Assembly: GCA_030390025.1 (NCBI GenBank)
Contig: JASTWF010000349.1
Span: 434,001 to 498,000, forward strand
Length of the DNA stretch: 64,000 nt
Source of the DNA: Squalus acanthias
Lineage: Eukaryota
Reading direction: 5' to 3'
This document shows positions 37,806-49,994 of the stretch, one piece after another; the first letter of the stretch is position 1; the number at the start of each line of letters is the position of its first letter. The translations under genes were made by a program, and so were the position numbers. The notes under the pieces are model-generated. The model saw nothing but the letters and a program-made list of their open reading frames with translations. It did no database searches and had not been told where the DNA came from.

Positions 37806-40480
37806 ATTCATTCTTGAGATGTGGGTATCGTTAGTACAGCATTTTTACCCATTTCTAATTGCCCTTTAGAAGGTGGTGGTGAGCTGCCTTTTTGAACTGC
37901 TGCAGTCTGTGTGGTGAAGGTGCTCCCACAGTGCTGTTAGGGAGGGAGTTCCAGGATTTTGACCCAGCGAAGATGAAGGATCAGCGATATACTTCCAAGT
38001 CAGGATGGTGTGTGACTTGGAGGGGAACTTGGAGGTGGTGGTGTTCCCATGCGCCTGCTGCCCTTGCCTAGGTGTTGGAGATTGCGGGTTTCGGAGGTAC
38101 TGTTGAAGAAGCCTTCGCAAGTTGCTGCAGTGCATCTTGTAGATGGTACACACTGCAGCCACGTTGCGCCGGTGGTGGAGGGAGTGAATGTTTAAGGTGG
38201 TGGATGGGCTGGCCATCAAGCGGGCTGCTTTGTCCTGGATGGTGTTGAGTTTCTTGAGTGTTGCAGCTGCACTCATCCAGGCAAGTGGAGAGTATTTCTT
38301 CACAATCCTGACTTGTACCTTGTGGTATGGCGGAGAGGCTTTGGGGAGTAAGGAGGTGAACCACTCGCTCCAGAATACCCAGCCTCTGACCTCTTGTAGC
38401 CACAGTATTTATGTGGCTGGTCCAGTTCAGTTTCTGATTAATGGTGATGGTGGGGGAATCTGTGATGGCAATGCCATTGAACGTCATGGGTGGTTAGACT
38501 CTTTTATTGATAGTCATTCCTGGCACTTCTGTGGAGCGAAAGTTACTTGCCACTTATTAGCCCAAGCCTGAATGTTGTCCAGGTCTTGCTGCATGTAGAC
38601 ATAAGAACATAAGAACATAAGAAATAGGAGCAGGAGTAGACCAATCGGCCCCTCGAGCCTGCTCCGCCATTCAATGAGATCATGGCTGATCTGATCCAAC
38701 CTCAACTCTAAAGAACACAAGAAGCAGGAGCAGGACCAGGCCACTCGGCCCCTGGGCCCGCTCCGCCACCCACAGGGCCTTGACCGATCCGAACTCAAAC
38801 TCATGTCCAATTTCCAGCCCGCTCCCCGTAACCCCTGATTCCCTTTACTTCTAGGAAACGGTCTATTTCTGTTTTAAATTTATTTAATGAAGTAGCTTCC
38901 ACAGCTTCCTGGGGTAGCAAATTCCACAGACCCACTACCCTCTGAGTGAAAAAGTTTCTCCTCATCTCAGTTTTGAAAGAGGAGCCCCTTATTCTAAGAT
39001 TATGTCCCCTAGTTCTAGTTTCACCCATCCTTGGGAACATCCTCACCGCGTCCACCCGATCAAGCCCCTTCACAATCTTATATGTTTCAATAAGATCGCC
39101 TCTCATTCTTCTGAACTCCAATGAGTAGAGTCCCAATCTACTCAACCTCTCCTCGTATGTCCACCCCCTCATCCCCGGAATTAACTGAGTGAACCTTCTT
39201 TGTACTGCCTCGAGAGCAAGTATGTCTTTTCTTAAGTATGGACACCAAAACTGTATGCAGTACTCCAGGTGCGGTCTCACCAATACCCTATACAACTGCA
39301 GCAATACCTCCGTTTTTATATTCTATCCCCCTAGCAATAAAAGCCAACATTCCATTGGCTTTCTTGATCACCTGCTGCACCTGCATACTAACTTTTTGAT
39401 TTTCTTGCACCAAGACCCCCAGATCCCTTTGAACTGCAGTACTTTCCAGTTTCTTGCCATTAAGATAATAGCTTGCTCTCTGATTTTTCCTGCCAAAGTG
39501 CATAACCTCACATTTTCCAATATTGTATTGCATCTGCCAAATCTCTGCCCACTCACCCAGCCTGTCTATATCCCCTTGTAGGTTTTTTATGTCCTCCTCA
39601 CTCTCTACTTTCCCTCCCATCTTTGTATCATCTGCAAACTTTGATATGTTACACTCGGTCCCCTCCTCCAAATTGTTAATATAGATTGTAAAGAATTGGG
39701 GACCCAGCACCGACCCCTGCGGAACACCACTGGCTACTGGTTGCCAGTCCGAGAATGAATCATTTATACCAACTCTCTGCTTCCTGTTAGATAACCAATC
39801 CTCCACCCATGCCAGAATATTACCCCCAATCCAGTGATTTTTTATCTTGAGTAATAATCTTTTATGTGGCACCTTGTCGAATGCCTTCTGGAAGTCTAAA
39901 TACACTACATCCACTGGTTCCCCTTTATCCACCCTGTATGTTATGTCCTCAAAGAACTCGAGCAAATTTGTCAGACATGACTTCCCCTTCATAAAGCCAT
40001 GCTGACTTTGTCCTATTAAATTATGTTTATCTAAATGTTCTGTTACTGTCTCAATAATAATAATAATAATCTCCTAATAATAATAATAAAGACATGGACT
40101 GCTTCACTATGAGAATTGCGAATGGAACTGAATACTGTGTAATCATCAGTGAACAACCCCATTTCTGACCGTATGTTGCTGAGAAGGTCATTGTAGAAGC
40201 AGCTGAAGATGGTTGGGTCTAGGACACTGCCCTGAGGAACTCCTGCAGCGATGTCCTGGGGCTGAGATGATTGGACTCCCAACAACCAGAACCATCTTCC
40301 TTTGTGCTTGGTATGACTCCAGGTAGTGGAGAATTTTCTCCCTGATCCCCATTGACTTCTGTTTTACTAGGGCTCCTTGATGCAGCATTCTGTCAAATGT
40401 CAAGGGCAGTCACTTTCATCTCACCTGTGGAATTCAGCTGTAATGAGGCCTGGAGCTGTGTGGTCCTGGTGGAACCCAAA
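37806..40480 (-). mobile_element. CR1/L2-group LINE 3' part (same family as 16908-19365), split by a CR1
   Basis: Minus-strand ORFs with YSPLAWMSAA, WANKWQVTFAP and AGVPQGSVL. Confidence 0.88.
38600..40050 (-). mobile_element. Young 5'-truncated CR1 LINE
   Basis: ORFs 39288-39992 and 38801-39304 are separated by one frameshift; (ttcttatg)n tail at ~38600; possible target-site duplication agacat. Confidence 0.92.
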
Positions 40481-41557
40481 CTATCTAGAATCTCACCGGC
40501 CAATCCATTTCTCTGATGGTTTCGGGCGAGCTACTTAATTTTAACAGGTTGAGAAATATTTCCCAGAAAATTGACTGGGACATTGCAAATCTAACTACAT
40601 GTCTGTTGAACTCCAAAAGAACTGCCAAACAAGACATAACTGGGACAAAAATCCACATGATGCTTGTATTTGAATTGAGTGGCTTGGTCCCTCACTCGGA
40701 TATCTTACCAAGACAATAATGTCTGGCTATGTACATAAGGTGGACCCAGTCAATTCTAAAAGAGTGAGTACTTCTGGATTTTCTAACGATGCAATAAGGA
40801 GTCTTAACCCTATCACTGACCCCAGCTGGATTAAATTCTGAGGTGTCCTGTATTAATAGGGCTCCAAACCCAACCTATGGTCGTTGCGGGGTTAATCTTA
40901 CACCAATTGGGTTAGAAATGGGATTGTGTGTTTGTGAAGAGTAAACACACGATGGAGATAACCCTTCTGATTGGGATGTCTTCCTGGTGATCTGAGACCA
41001 TGGGGAGTACCAAAGTAGGTAACCCGCTGGGGTGGATTCAGTTCGAGTGGTTTGCCTTCGGCTTTTTAAGGGCCATTATTTGGGAGGTTGGATGGCTGGG
41101 CTGGAGCCGAATAGCCTGTACATGTAACAGTTGGGGAGGGAGGTTTCAATTGTGTCTTGGTGTTCGGAGCGATTTGACTCGGTTACTACGTTTACTGCCT
41201 GTGTAACTTGACTCTGATTCAAAGGAGTGAGATTCTGCCTGAAGTATTCCAGAAATCCACTGGATTCTGATACCGAAACATTTCACTGAATACTGCGAGG
41301 TTCAAAGAGAACGGAATGATTTTTTCTGAGTTTGAACTGCTGCCGTCTGATCGCAAGCGGTTGGCTCATCAGGTAAATGAGAAATGCGCGGTACAAAGGG
41401 TGTTCACTGCAATAATGTCCCAGGATTGTCTGAAGGAGACACTGCGGGAATTCAGTCTCTTAGACTGGCATCTTATCGGTAAAACTAGGACTGCATCTTT
41501 TGGGGATAGGATTGTGGGAACCTTGCAAATAGTCATAATTCATAACTTTTTTAACTA

Positions 41558-44500
41558 TAAGAACATAAATAGGAGCAGGAGTCGGCCATACGGCCCCTCG
41601 AGCCTGCTCCGCCATTCAATAAGATCATGGCTGATCTCCACTTTCCCGCCCGATCCCCAAATCCCTTGATTCCCCTGGAGTCCAAAAATCTATTGATCTC
41701 AGTCTTGAATAAGACTCAGCACCCACAGCCCTCTGGGGCAGAGAATTCCAAAGATTCACAACCCTCTGAGTGAAGAAATTCCCCCTCATATAGGTCTTAA
41801 ATGGCCGACCCCTTATCCTGAGACTATGCTCCCTAGTTCAAGACACTCCAGCCAGGGGAAACAACTTCTCAACATCTACCTTGTCAATCCCCTTCAGAAT
41901 CTTATGTTTCAATGAGATCACCTCTCATTCTTCTATACTCCAAAGAGTATAGGCCCATTCTACACAATCATAGGACAGCCCTCTCATCCCAGGAATCAAT
42001 CTAGTGAACCTTCGTTGCACCGCCTCCAAGGCAAGTATATCCTTCCTTAGCTAAGGAGACCACCACTGTGCACAGCACTCCAGGTGTGGTCTTACTAAGG
42101 CCCTGTACAATTGCAGCAAAATTTCCTTACACTTATATTCCAACCCCCCTGCAATAAAGGCCAACATGCCACAGTGGTATACAGTTGGGAGGGAGTGGCC
42201 CTGGGAGTCCTCAACATTGACTCCGGACCCCATGAAATCTCATGGCTTCAGGTCAAGCATAGGCAAGGAAACCTCCTGCTGATTACCACCTACTGTCCTC
42301 CCTCAGCTGATGAATCAGTACTCCTCCATGTTGAACACCACTTGGAAGAAGGACTGAGAGTAGCAAGGGCACAGAATGTACTCTGGGTGGGGGACTTTAA
42401 TGTCCATCACCAAGAGTGGCTCGGTAGCACCACTACTGACTGAGCTGGCTGAGTCATGAAGGACATAGCTGCCAGTTTGGCCCTGTGACAGGTGGTGAGA
42501 ACACCAACACGAGGGAAAAACCTACTTGACCTCATCCTCACCAATCTACCTGTCGCAGATGCATCTGTCCATGACAGCATTGGCAGCAGTGACCACCGCA
42601 CAGTCATTGTGGAGACAAAGTCCCGTTTTCACACTGAGGACACCCTCCATCGTGTGGCACTACTATCATGCTAAATGGGATAGATTCAGAACAGATCGAG
42701 CAGCTCAAAACTGGGCATCCATGAGGTGCTGCGGGCCATCAGCAGCAGCAGAATTGTATTCCAACACAATCTGTAATCTCATTGCCCGGCATATCCCTCA
42801 CTCTACCATTACCATTAAGCCAGGGGACCAACCCTGGTTCTATAAGGAGTGTAGAAGAGCATGCCAGGAGCAGCACCAGGCGTACCTAAAAATGCGGTGC
42901 CAACCTGGGGAAGCTGCAACACAAGACTACATGCATGCTATAGACAGGGCTAAGCGATCCCACAATCAACAGATCAGATCAAAGCTCTGCAGTCCTGCCA
43001 CATCCAGTCGTGATTGGTGTTGGACCATTAAACAACTAACGGGAGGAGGAGGCTCCATGAATATCCCCATCCTCAATGATAGTGGAGCCCAGCACATGAG
43101 TGCAAAAGACAAAGTTGAAGTGTTTGCAACCATCTTCAGCCAGAAGTGCCGAGTGGATGATCCATATCGGCCTACTCCCGAGGTCGCCACCATCACAGAT
43201 GCCAGTCTTCAGCCAATTTGATTCACTCCACGTGATATCAAGAAACGGCTGAGCACACTGGATACAGCAAAGGTTATGGGCCCTGACAACATCCCGGCTA
43301 CCGTGCTGAAGACTTGTGCTCCAGAACTAGCCGTGCCTCTAGCCAAGCTGTTCCAGTACAGCTACAACACTGGCATCTATCTGACAATGTGGAAAACTGC
43401 CCAGGTATGTCCGGGCAACAAAAAGCAGGACAAATCCAATCTGGCCAATTACCGCCCCATCAGTCTACTCTGAATTATCAGCAAAGTGATGGAAGGTGTC
43501 ATCGACAGTGCTATCAGGTGGCACTTACTCACCAATAACCTGCTCACTGATGCCCAGTTTGGGTTCTGCCAGGACCACTGCTCCAGACCTCATTACAGCC
43601 TTGGTCCAAACATGGACAAAAGAGCTGAATTCCAGAGGTGAGGTGAGAGTGACTGCCCTTGACATCAAGGCAGCATTTTGACTGAGTGTCATTAGGAATC
43701 GGGGGATTCTCTCCACTGGCTGGAGTGTACCTAGCACAAAGGAAGATGGTTGTGGTGGTTGGACGTCAATCATCACAGCCCCAGGACATCGCTGCAGGAG
43801 TTCCTCAAGGCAGAGTCCTAGGCCCAACCATCTTCAGCTGCTTCATCAATGGCCTTCCCTCCATCATAAGGTCAGAATTAGGGTTGTTTGCTGATGCACA
43901 GTGTTCAGTGCCATTCACAACTCCCCGCATGCAGCAAGACCTGGATGACGTTCAGGCTTGGGCTGATAAGTGGCAGGTAACATTCGCGCCACACAAGTGC
44001 TAGGCAATGACTATCTCAAACAAGCGAGCGTCTAACCACCGCCCTTTGACATTCAACGGGATTACCATCGCTGAATTCCCCACCATCAACATTCTGAAGG
44101 TCACCATTGGCCAGGAACTTAACTGGACCAGCCATATAATTACTGTGGCAACAAGAGCAGGTCAGAGGCTGGGTATTCTGCAGCGAGTGTCTCACCTCCT
44201 GACTCCCCAAAGCCTTTCCACAATCTACAAGGCACAAGTCAGGAGTGTGATGGAATACTCTCCGCTTGCCTGGATGAGTGCAGCTCCAACAACACTCAAG
44301 AAGCTCGACACCGTCCAGGACAAAGCAGCCCGCTTGATTGGAACCCCATCCACCACCTTAACCATTCACTCCCTCCACCACCGGCGTACCGTGGCTGCAG
44401 TGTGTACCATCTACAAGATGCACTGCAGCAACTCGCCAAGGCTTCTTTGGCAGCACCTCCCAAACCCGCAACCTCTTCCACCTAGAAGGAAAAAGGCAGC

Positions 44501-46985
44501 AGGCGCATGGGAACACCACCACCTCCAAGTTCCCCTCCAAGTCACACACCATCCTGACTTGGAAGTATATCGCCGTTCCTTCATCGTCACTGGGTCAAAA
44601 TCCTGGAACTCCCTCCCTAACAGCACTGTGGGAGTACCTTCACCACACGGACTGCAGTGATTCAAGAAGGCAGCTCACCACCACCATCTCAAGGGCAACT
44701 AGGGATGGGCAATAAATGCTGGCCTTGCCAGCGATGCCCACTTCCCATGAACGAACATAAACAAAAATATTGCTTGCTGTACCTACATGCTAGCTTTCTG
44801 TGTTTCTTGTATGAGGACACCCAAATCTCTCTGAACACCAACATTTAAAAGTTTCTCACCATTTAAAAAATACTGTTTTTCTATTCTTCCTATCAAAGTG
44901 AATAACCTCACATTTCCCTACATTATACTCCATCTGCCACCTTACTGCCCACTCACTTAGTCTATCTATATCCCTTTGCAGACTCTTTGTGTTCTCCTCA
45001 CATCTTACTGTCCCACCTAGCTTTGTATCATCAGCAAACTTGGATACATTACACTCGGCCTCTTCATCTAGGTCATCAATATAGATTGTAAATAGCTGAG
45101 GCCCCAGTACTGATCCTTGCAGCACCCCACTAGTTACAATCTGAAAAAGACTCATTTATCCCTATTCTCTGTTTTCAGTCCGTTAACTAATCCTCTATCC
45201 ATGCTACTATATTACCCCCAACCCCATGAGCCCTTGTGTAAAAACCTTTTATGTGGCACCTCATCGAATGCTTTTTTGAAATCCAAATATACTACATCCA
45301 CTGGTTCCCCTTTATCTACCCTGCTAGTTACATCCTCAAAAGTTGTCAAACATGATTTCCCTTTCATAAAACCATGTCGACTCTGCCTAATCATGTTTTG
45401 ATTTTCTAAGTGCCCTGATACCACTTCCTTAACAACGGATTCCAACATTTTCCCGACGACTGATGTCAAGCTAACTGGCCTGTAGTTCCCTGTTTTCTCT
45501 CTCCCTCCTTTCTTGAATAGCGGTGTTACATTTGCTACCTTCCAATCCGCTGGGACCATTCTAGAATCTAGGTAATTTTGGAAGATCAAAACCAATGCAT
45601 CCACTATCTCTGCAGCCACCTCTTTTAGAACCCTAGGATGTAGGCCATCAGGTTTTGTCGGCTTTTAGTCCTATTAGTTTCTTTAGTACTTTTTCTCTAC
45701 TTATATTAATTACTTTTAAGTTCCTCACCCTCATCAGACCCTTGGTTTCCCACCATTTTTGTTATGCTTTTTGTGTCTTCTACAGTGAAGACAGATACAA
45801 AATATTTGTTTCTGCCATTTCCTTGTTCCCCATAATATTTTCTCCTGTCTCAGCCTCTAAGTGACCAACGTTTACTTTTGGTACTCTTTTCCTTTTTACA
45901 TACTTGTAGAACCTCTTACAATCTGTTTTTATATTTCTTGCTAGTTTTCTCTCATATTCTATTTTATCCCTTTTTATCAATTTTTTGGTCATCCTTTGCT
46001 GGTTTCTGAAACTCTCCCAATCCTCAGGCTTACTACTATTCTTTGCAACATTATAAAATTCTTCTTTCAATCTAATGCTATCCTTAACTTCTTCAGCTAG
46101 CAATGGATGGATCACTTTTCCCATGGAGTTTTTGTATCTCAATGGAATGTATTTTTGTTGAGAAGTATGAAATATTTCTTTAAATGCTAGTCACTGCTTA
46201 TCTACCACCATACCTTTTAATCTATTTTTCCAATCTACCTTATCCAACTCGCCCCTCATACCTATGTAATTGGCTTTATTTAAGTTTAAGACTCTAGTTT
46301 CAGACTTAGGCAAGTCACTCTCAAACTTAATGTGAAATTCTATCATATTATGATCACTCTACCCCAAGGATCCTTTACCATGAGATTGCTAATTAACCTG
46401 TCTCATTACACAATACAAGATCTAAAATAACCTGTTCCCAGGTTGGTTCCATGACGTATTGTTCTAGGAAACTGTCCCGAATGCATTCCATTAACTCATC
46501 CTCCAGACTACCTATGCCAATTTCATTTGTCCAGTCTATATGAAAATTAAAGTCCCCCATGATGATTGCATTACCTTTGTTACAAGCTCCTACTATTTCT
46601 TGATTAATATTCTGTCCAACGTTATAGCTACTACTAGTGTTTTCCGTCCCTTGTTATTCCTTATCTCCACCCATACTGATTCTACTTCCTGATCTTCCGA
46701 GCCGAGATCCTTTCTCTCTACTGTCCTTATGTCATCCTTTATTATCAGGGCTACACCCCCTCCTTTTCCATTCTGCCTGTCTTTTTGAAACGTCAAGTAC
46801 CCTGGAACATTTAGTTCCCAACCTTGGTCACCTTGCGACCACATCTCTGTAATGGCTATTAGATCAAACCTATTTATCTCTATTTGTGCCACTAGTTCAT
46901 CTATCTTGTTATGAATGCTTCATGCATTCAGATAAAGAGCCTTTAATTTAAATGTTTTACCATTATTCCCTGCTTTGACCTTATT
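41558..46985 (-). mobile_element. Degenerate CR1 LINE ORF2, split by a nested LINE
   Basis: Minus-strand ORFs 46593-46892 (endonuclease), 45212-45619, 44856-45155 (FADD) and 42051-42170. Confidence 0.88.
42172..44762 (+). mobile_element. CR1/L2-group LINE (third copy of the family)
   Basis: GDFNVHHQEW, PGDQPWF, NYRPISLL, GVPQGRVLGP and WNSLP; ends gggcaataaatgctggcc... Confidence 0.9.
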
Positions 46986-47159
46986 CTGCTGTTCAACAGT
47001 CTATTTTAGGTCACATTAGTAATTCAGCAGAACTTGTGTACCAAGTACTGTTTTTTAAATGACTGTAAAATTTTATTTTTAATAAAGGCTGTTGTAATAA
47101 AAAAGACACTTATGGGTGTGCTGACCCTTAACATAAAACTATCCTCCAAACACATCATC

Positions 47160-49054
47160 CTTCTCTTCTTCTTAGGCAGTCCCTCGGAACTGAGGATGAC
47201 TTGCTTCCACACTAAAAATGAATTCTCAGGTGACTGATGAGTCCATTGTGGGACCTACAGTCTCTGTCACAGGTGGGGCAGACGGTGGTTGAAGGGGCGG
47301 GTGGGTGGGGTGCTTGGGTTGACATGCGCTCCTTGCGTTGCCTGCGCTTTATTCCGCTTGCTCCCGGCGAAGAGACTCGAGGTGTTCGGCGCCTTCCCAG
47401 ATGCTTCTCCTCCACTTTGGGCCAGGGATTCCCAGGTGTCGGTGGGGATGTTGCACTTTTTCAAGGAGGCTTTGAGGGTGTCCTTGAAGCGTTACCTCTG
47501 CCCACCTGGGGCTCTCTTGCCATGTCGGAGCTCTGAGTAGAGTGCTTGTTTTGGGAGTCTCGTATCGGGCATGCGGATGATGTGGCCCGTCCATCGGAGC
47601 TGATCAAGAGTGGTCAAAGCTTCAATGCTGGGGATGTTGGCCTGAGCGAGAACACTGACGTTGGTGCGCCTATCCTGCCAATGGATTTGCAGGATCTTGC
47701 GGAGACAGCATTGGTGGTACCTCTCCAGTGCTTTGAGGTGCCTGCTGTACATGGTCCATGTCTCTGAAGCATAGAAGAGGGCGGGTATCATTACTGCTCT
47801 GTAGACCATGAGCTTGGTGCTGGGTTTGAGGTCCTGGTCTTCAAACACTCTCTTCCTCAGGCGACCAAAGGCTGCACTGGCACACTGAAGGCAGTGTTGG
47901 ACTTCGTCATCGACATCTGCCCTTGTTGACAGTAGGCTCCCAAGGTATGGAAAGTGGTCCACGTTGTCCAAGGCCTCGTCATGGATTTTGATAATCGGGG
48001 AGCAGTACTGTGTGGCGGGGGCAGGTTGGTAGAGGACTTTTTTCTTATGGAGGCTCAGTCATTGGGTATATTCAAAACAGAAGTTGATAGATTTCTGACT
48101 AGTAAGGGCATCAAGGGATATGGTGATAAGGCCGGTGAATGCAATTGAGGCAGAAGATCAGCCATGATCTCATTGAATGACGGAGCAGGCTCAAAGGGCC
48201 GAATTGCCTACTCCTGCTTCTATTTCTTATGTACGGCCCATGCTCTCATACGCTTCGGTGAAGGTGTTGACGATGGTTTGGAGTTCGACCTCAGAGTGTG
48301 CGCAGACGCAAGCATCGTCTGCATACTGTAATTTGATGACAGAGGATGGGATGACCTTGGATCTGGACTGGAGGCGACGGAGGTTGAACAATTTCCCGTT
48401 TGTTCTGTAGATTAGCTCCACTCCAGCGGGGAGCTTACTGAGGGTGAGATGGAGCATTGCAGCCAGGAAGATCGAGAAGAGCGTTGGTGCAATGACACAG
48501 CCTTGCTTGACCCCAGTCCGTACATGAATTGGGTCTGTGGTGGATCCATTGGTCAGGATCACGGCTTGCATGTCGTCGTGATACAGGCGGAGGATGGTGA
48601 CAAACTTTTGAGGGCAGCCGAATTTGAGGAGGACACTCCATAATCCCTCACGGTTGACAGTGTCGAAGGCCTTTGTGAGGTCAAAGAAGGCCATGTACAG
48701 CGGTTGGTGCTGTTCCCTGCATTTCTCTTGTAGTTGACATGCGGTGAAGATCATGTCCATTGTGCCCCTTAGTGGGCATTGCGACTCTGGGAGGAGCTCT
48801 TCAGCAACTGGGAGAAGGCGATTGAGGAGGATTCTTGCGATGACTTTCCCTGTGGCAAACAGCAGGGAGACTCCTCTATAATTACCGCAATCGGACTTGT
48901 CACCTTTCTTGAAGATGGTCACGATTACGGCGTCTCTGAGATCCCTGGCATGCTCTCCTCCTTCCAAATAAGAGAAATGAGTTAATGTATTCGCGCCAAT
49001 AGTGCTTCTCCGCCATATTTTAGCACCTCGGCGGGGATTCCATCTGCTCCTGAG
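47160..49054 (-). mobile_element. RTE-clade LINE, 5'-truncated, with a small nested CR1 3' end (~48040-48232)
   Basis: CGNYRGVSLL, DLTKAFD, GVKQGCVIAP, YADD and C-terminal CPTC...HLRIH; 8-bp target-site duplication acatcatc at 47152-47159 and 49055-49062. Confidence 0.92.
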
Positions 49055-49994
49055 ACATCATCAAGGCAGTGCTGAAGGAGGTAACTTAGTCCCTCGGCTG
49101 GTTTTAAATTCACTGACTGACCGTGCCAAGAACCGAATGAAAAGCCCATACTGGGAGCTGTTATCTGTCAAGGGCTTGTTCCCCCTGCCCCTCTTGCAGC
49201 CCCACCCCCAGCCACAGCTGTCAATCAAAGCTACTGCCCTAGAATGTCAATCACCGAGCATGGCTGGGGTGGGATGGCTTCATTCATTGTGTCTGGTGAA
49301 TTGTGGATTGCCTGCTTCAAGAGGTCCCCGTCCACATGCGACGGAACCTCCTGTATGTCACTGAGCAAGTTAACTATCTGCCCAAATTCAATTGAATGAT
49401 ATCAAAGGTTTGAGGAAATGGCTGTCAGTGATGAGGCATTTGGTGAGCCTTTTCCTGCCAGACTAAACATACCTTCCTGTAACCAGCCAGCAGAAACCCA
49501 GGCTAACCTCCTGAGTACAATGGGTGAAGCCAGCTCCATCTGTGCTCCAGTGCTACCTGTGCTAGAATCAACCCAGCACATTTACACACAATAATCATCT
49601 GGGGTTTGCCCAGAAGCAGCAAGTTCTGTGGAAATAGAAAGGATTTATATTTCTATGTCATCTTTCACAATGGGCTCAGGTCGTGGTGGAGGCTAGGCCT
49701 TTTCATGTACTTGTGTGTGACCAGCTATGAGACGATGCCTGCCAGAATACCTGTGGGGAACTGAGTCATTCCCTACACTTGCAGCTCTGTCTGAATGTAA
49801 GCCTGCACATTCTGTAGATTGTCCGCTCATTTACCAAGAGTGTGTGACTTGATGGTGTGTTCACTCCACTCTCTGAAAAAGCTTACTATGAGGAAATGTA
49901 CTGTGGACCAGTTACAGCAGACACGTCTGGAACAGGGCTCCTCAATTCATTTAAAGATTTAGATGTCTGAAAAACAGCAATACTGAAGGAAGTG

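Noticed and set aside
47232..47262. Hammerhead-like CTGATGAGTCC...GGAC
   Set aside because: It is followed by ctac rather than GAAA, and is the antisense of the RTE zinc-finger codons.
49060..49990. Possible exons of a neighbouring gene
   Set aside because: No recognisable peptide or consistent splice-site pair was found.
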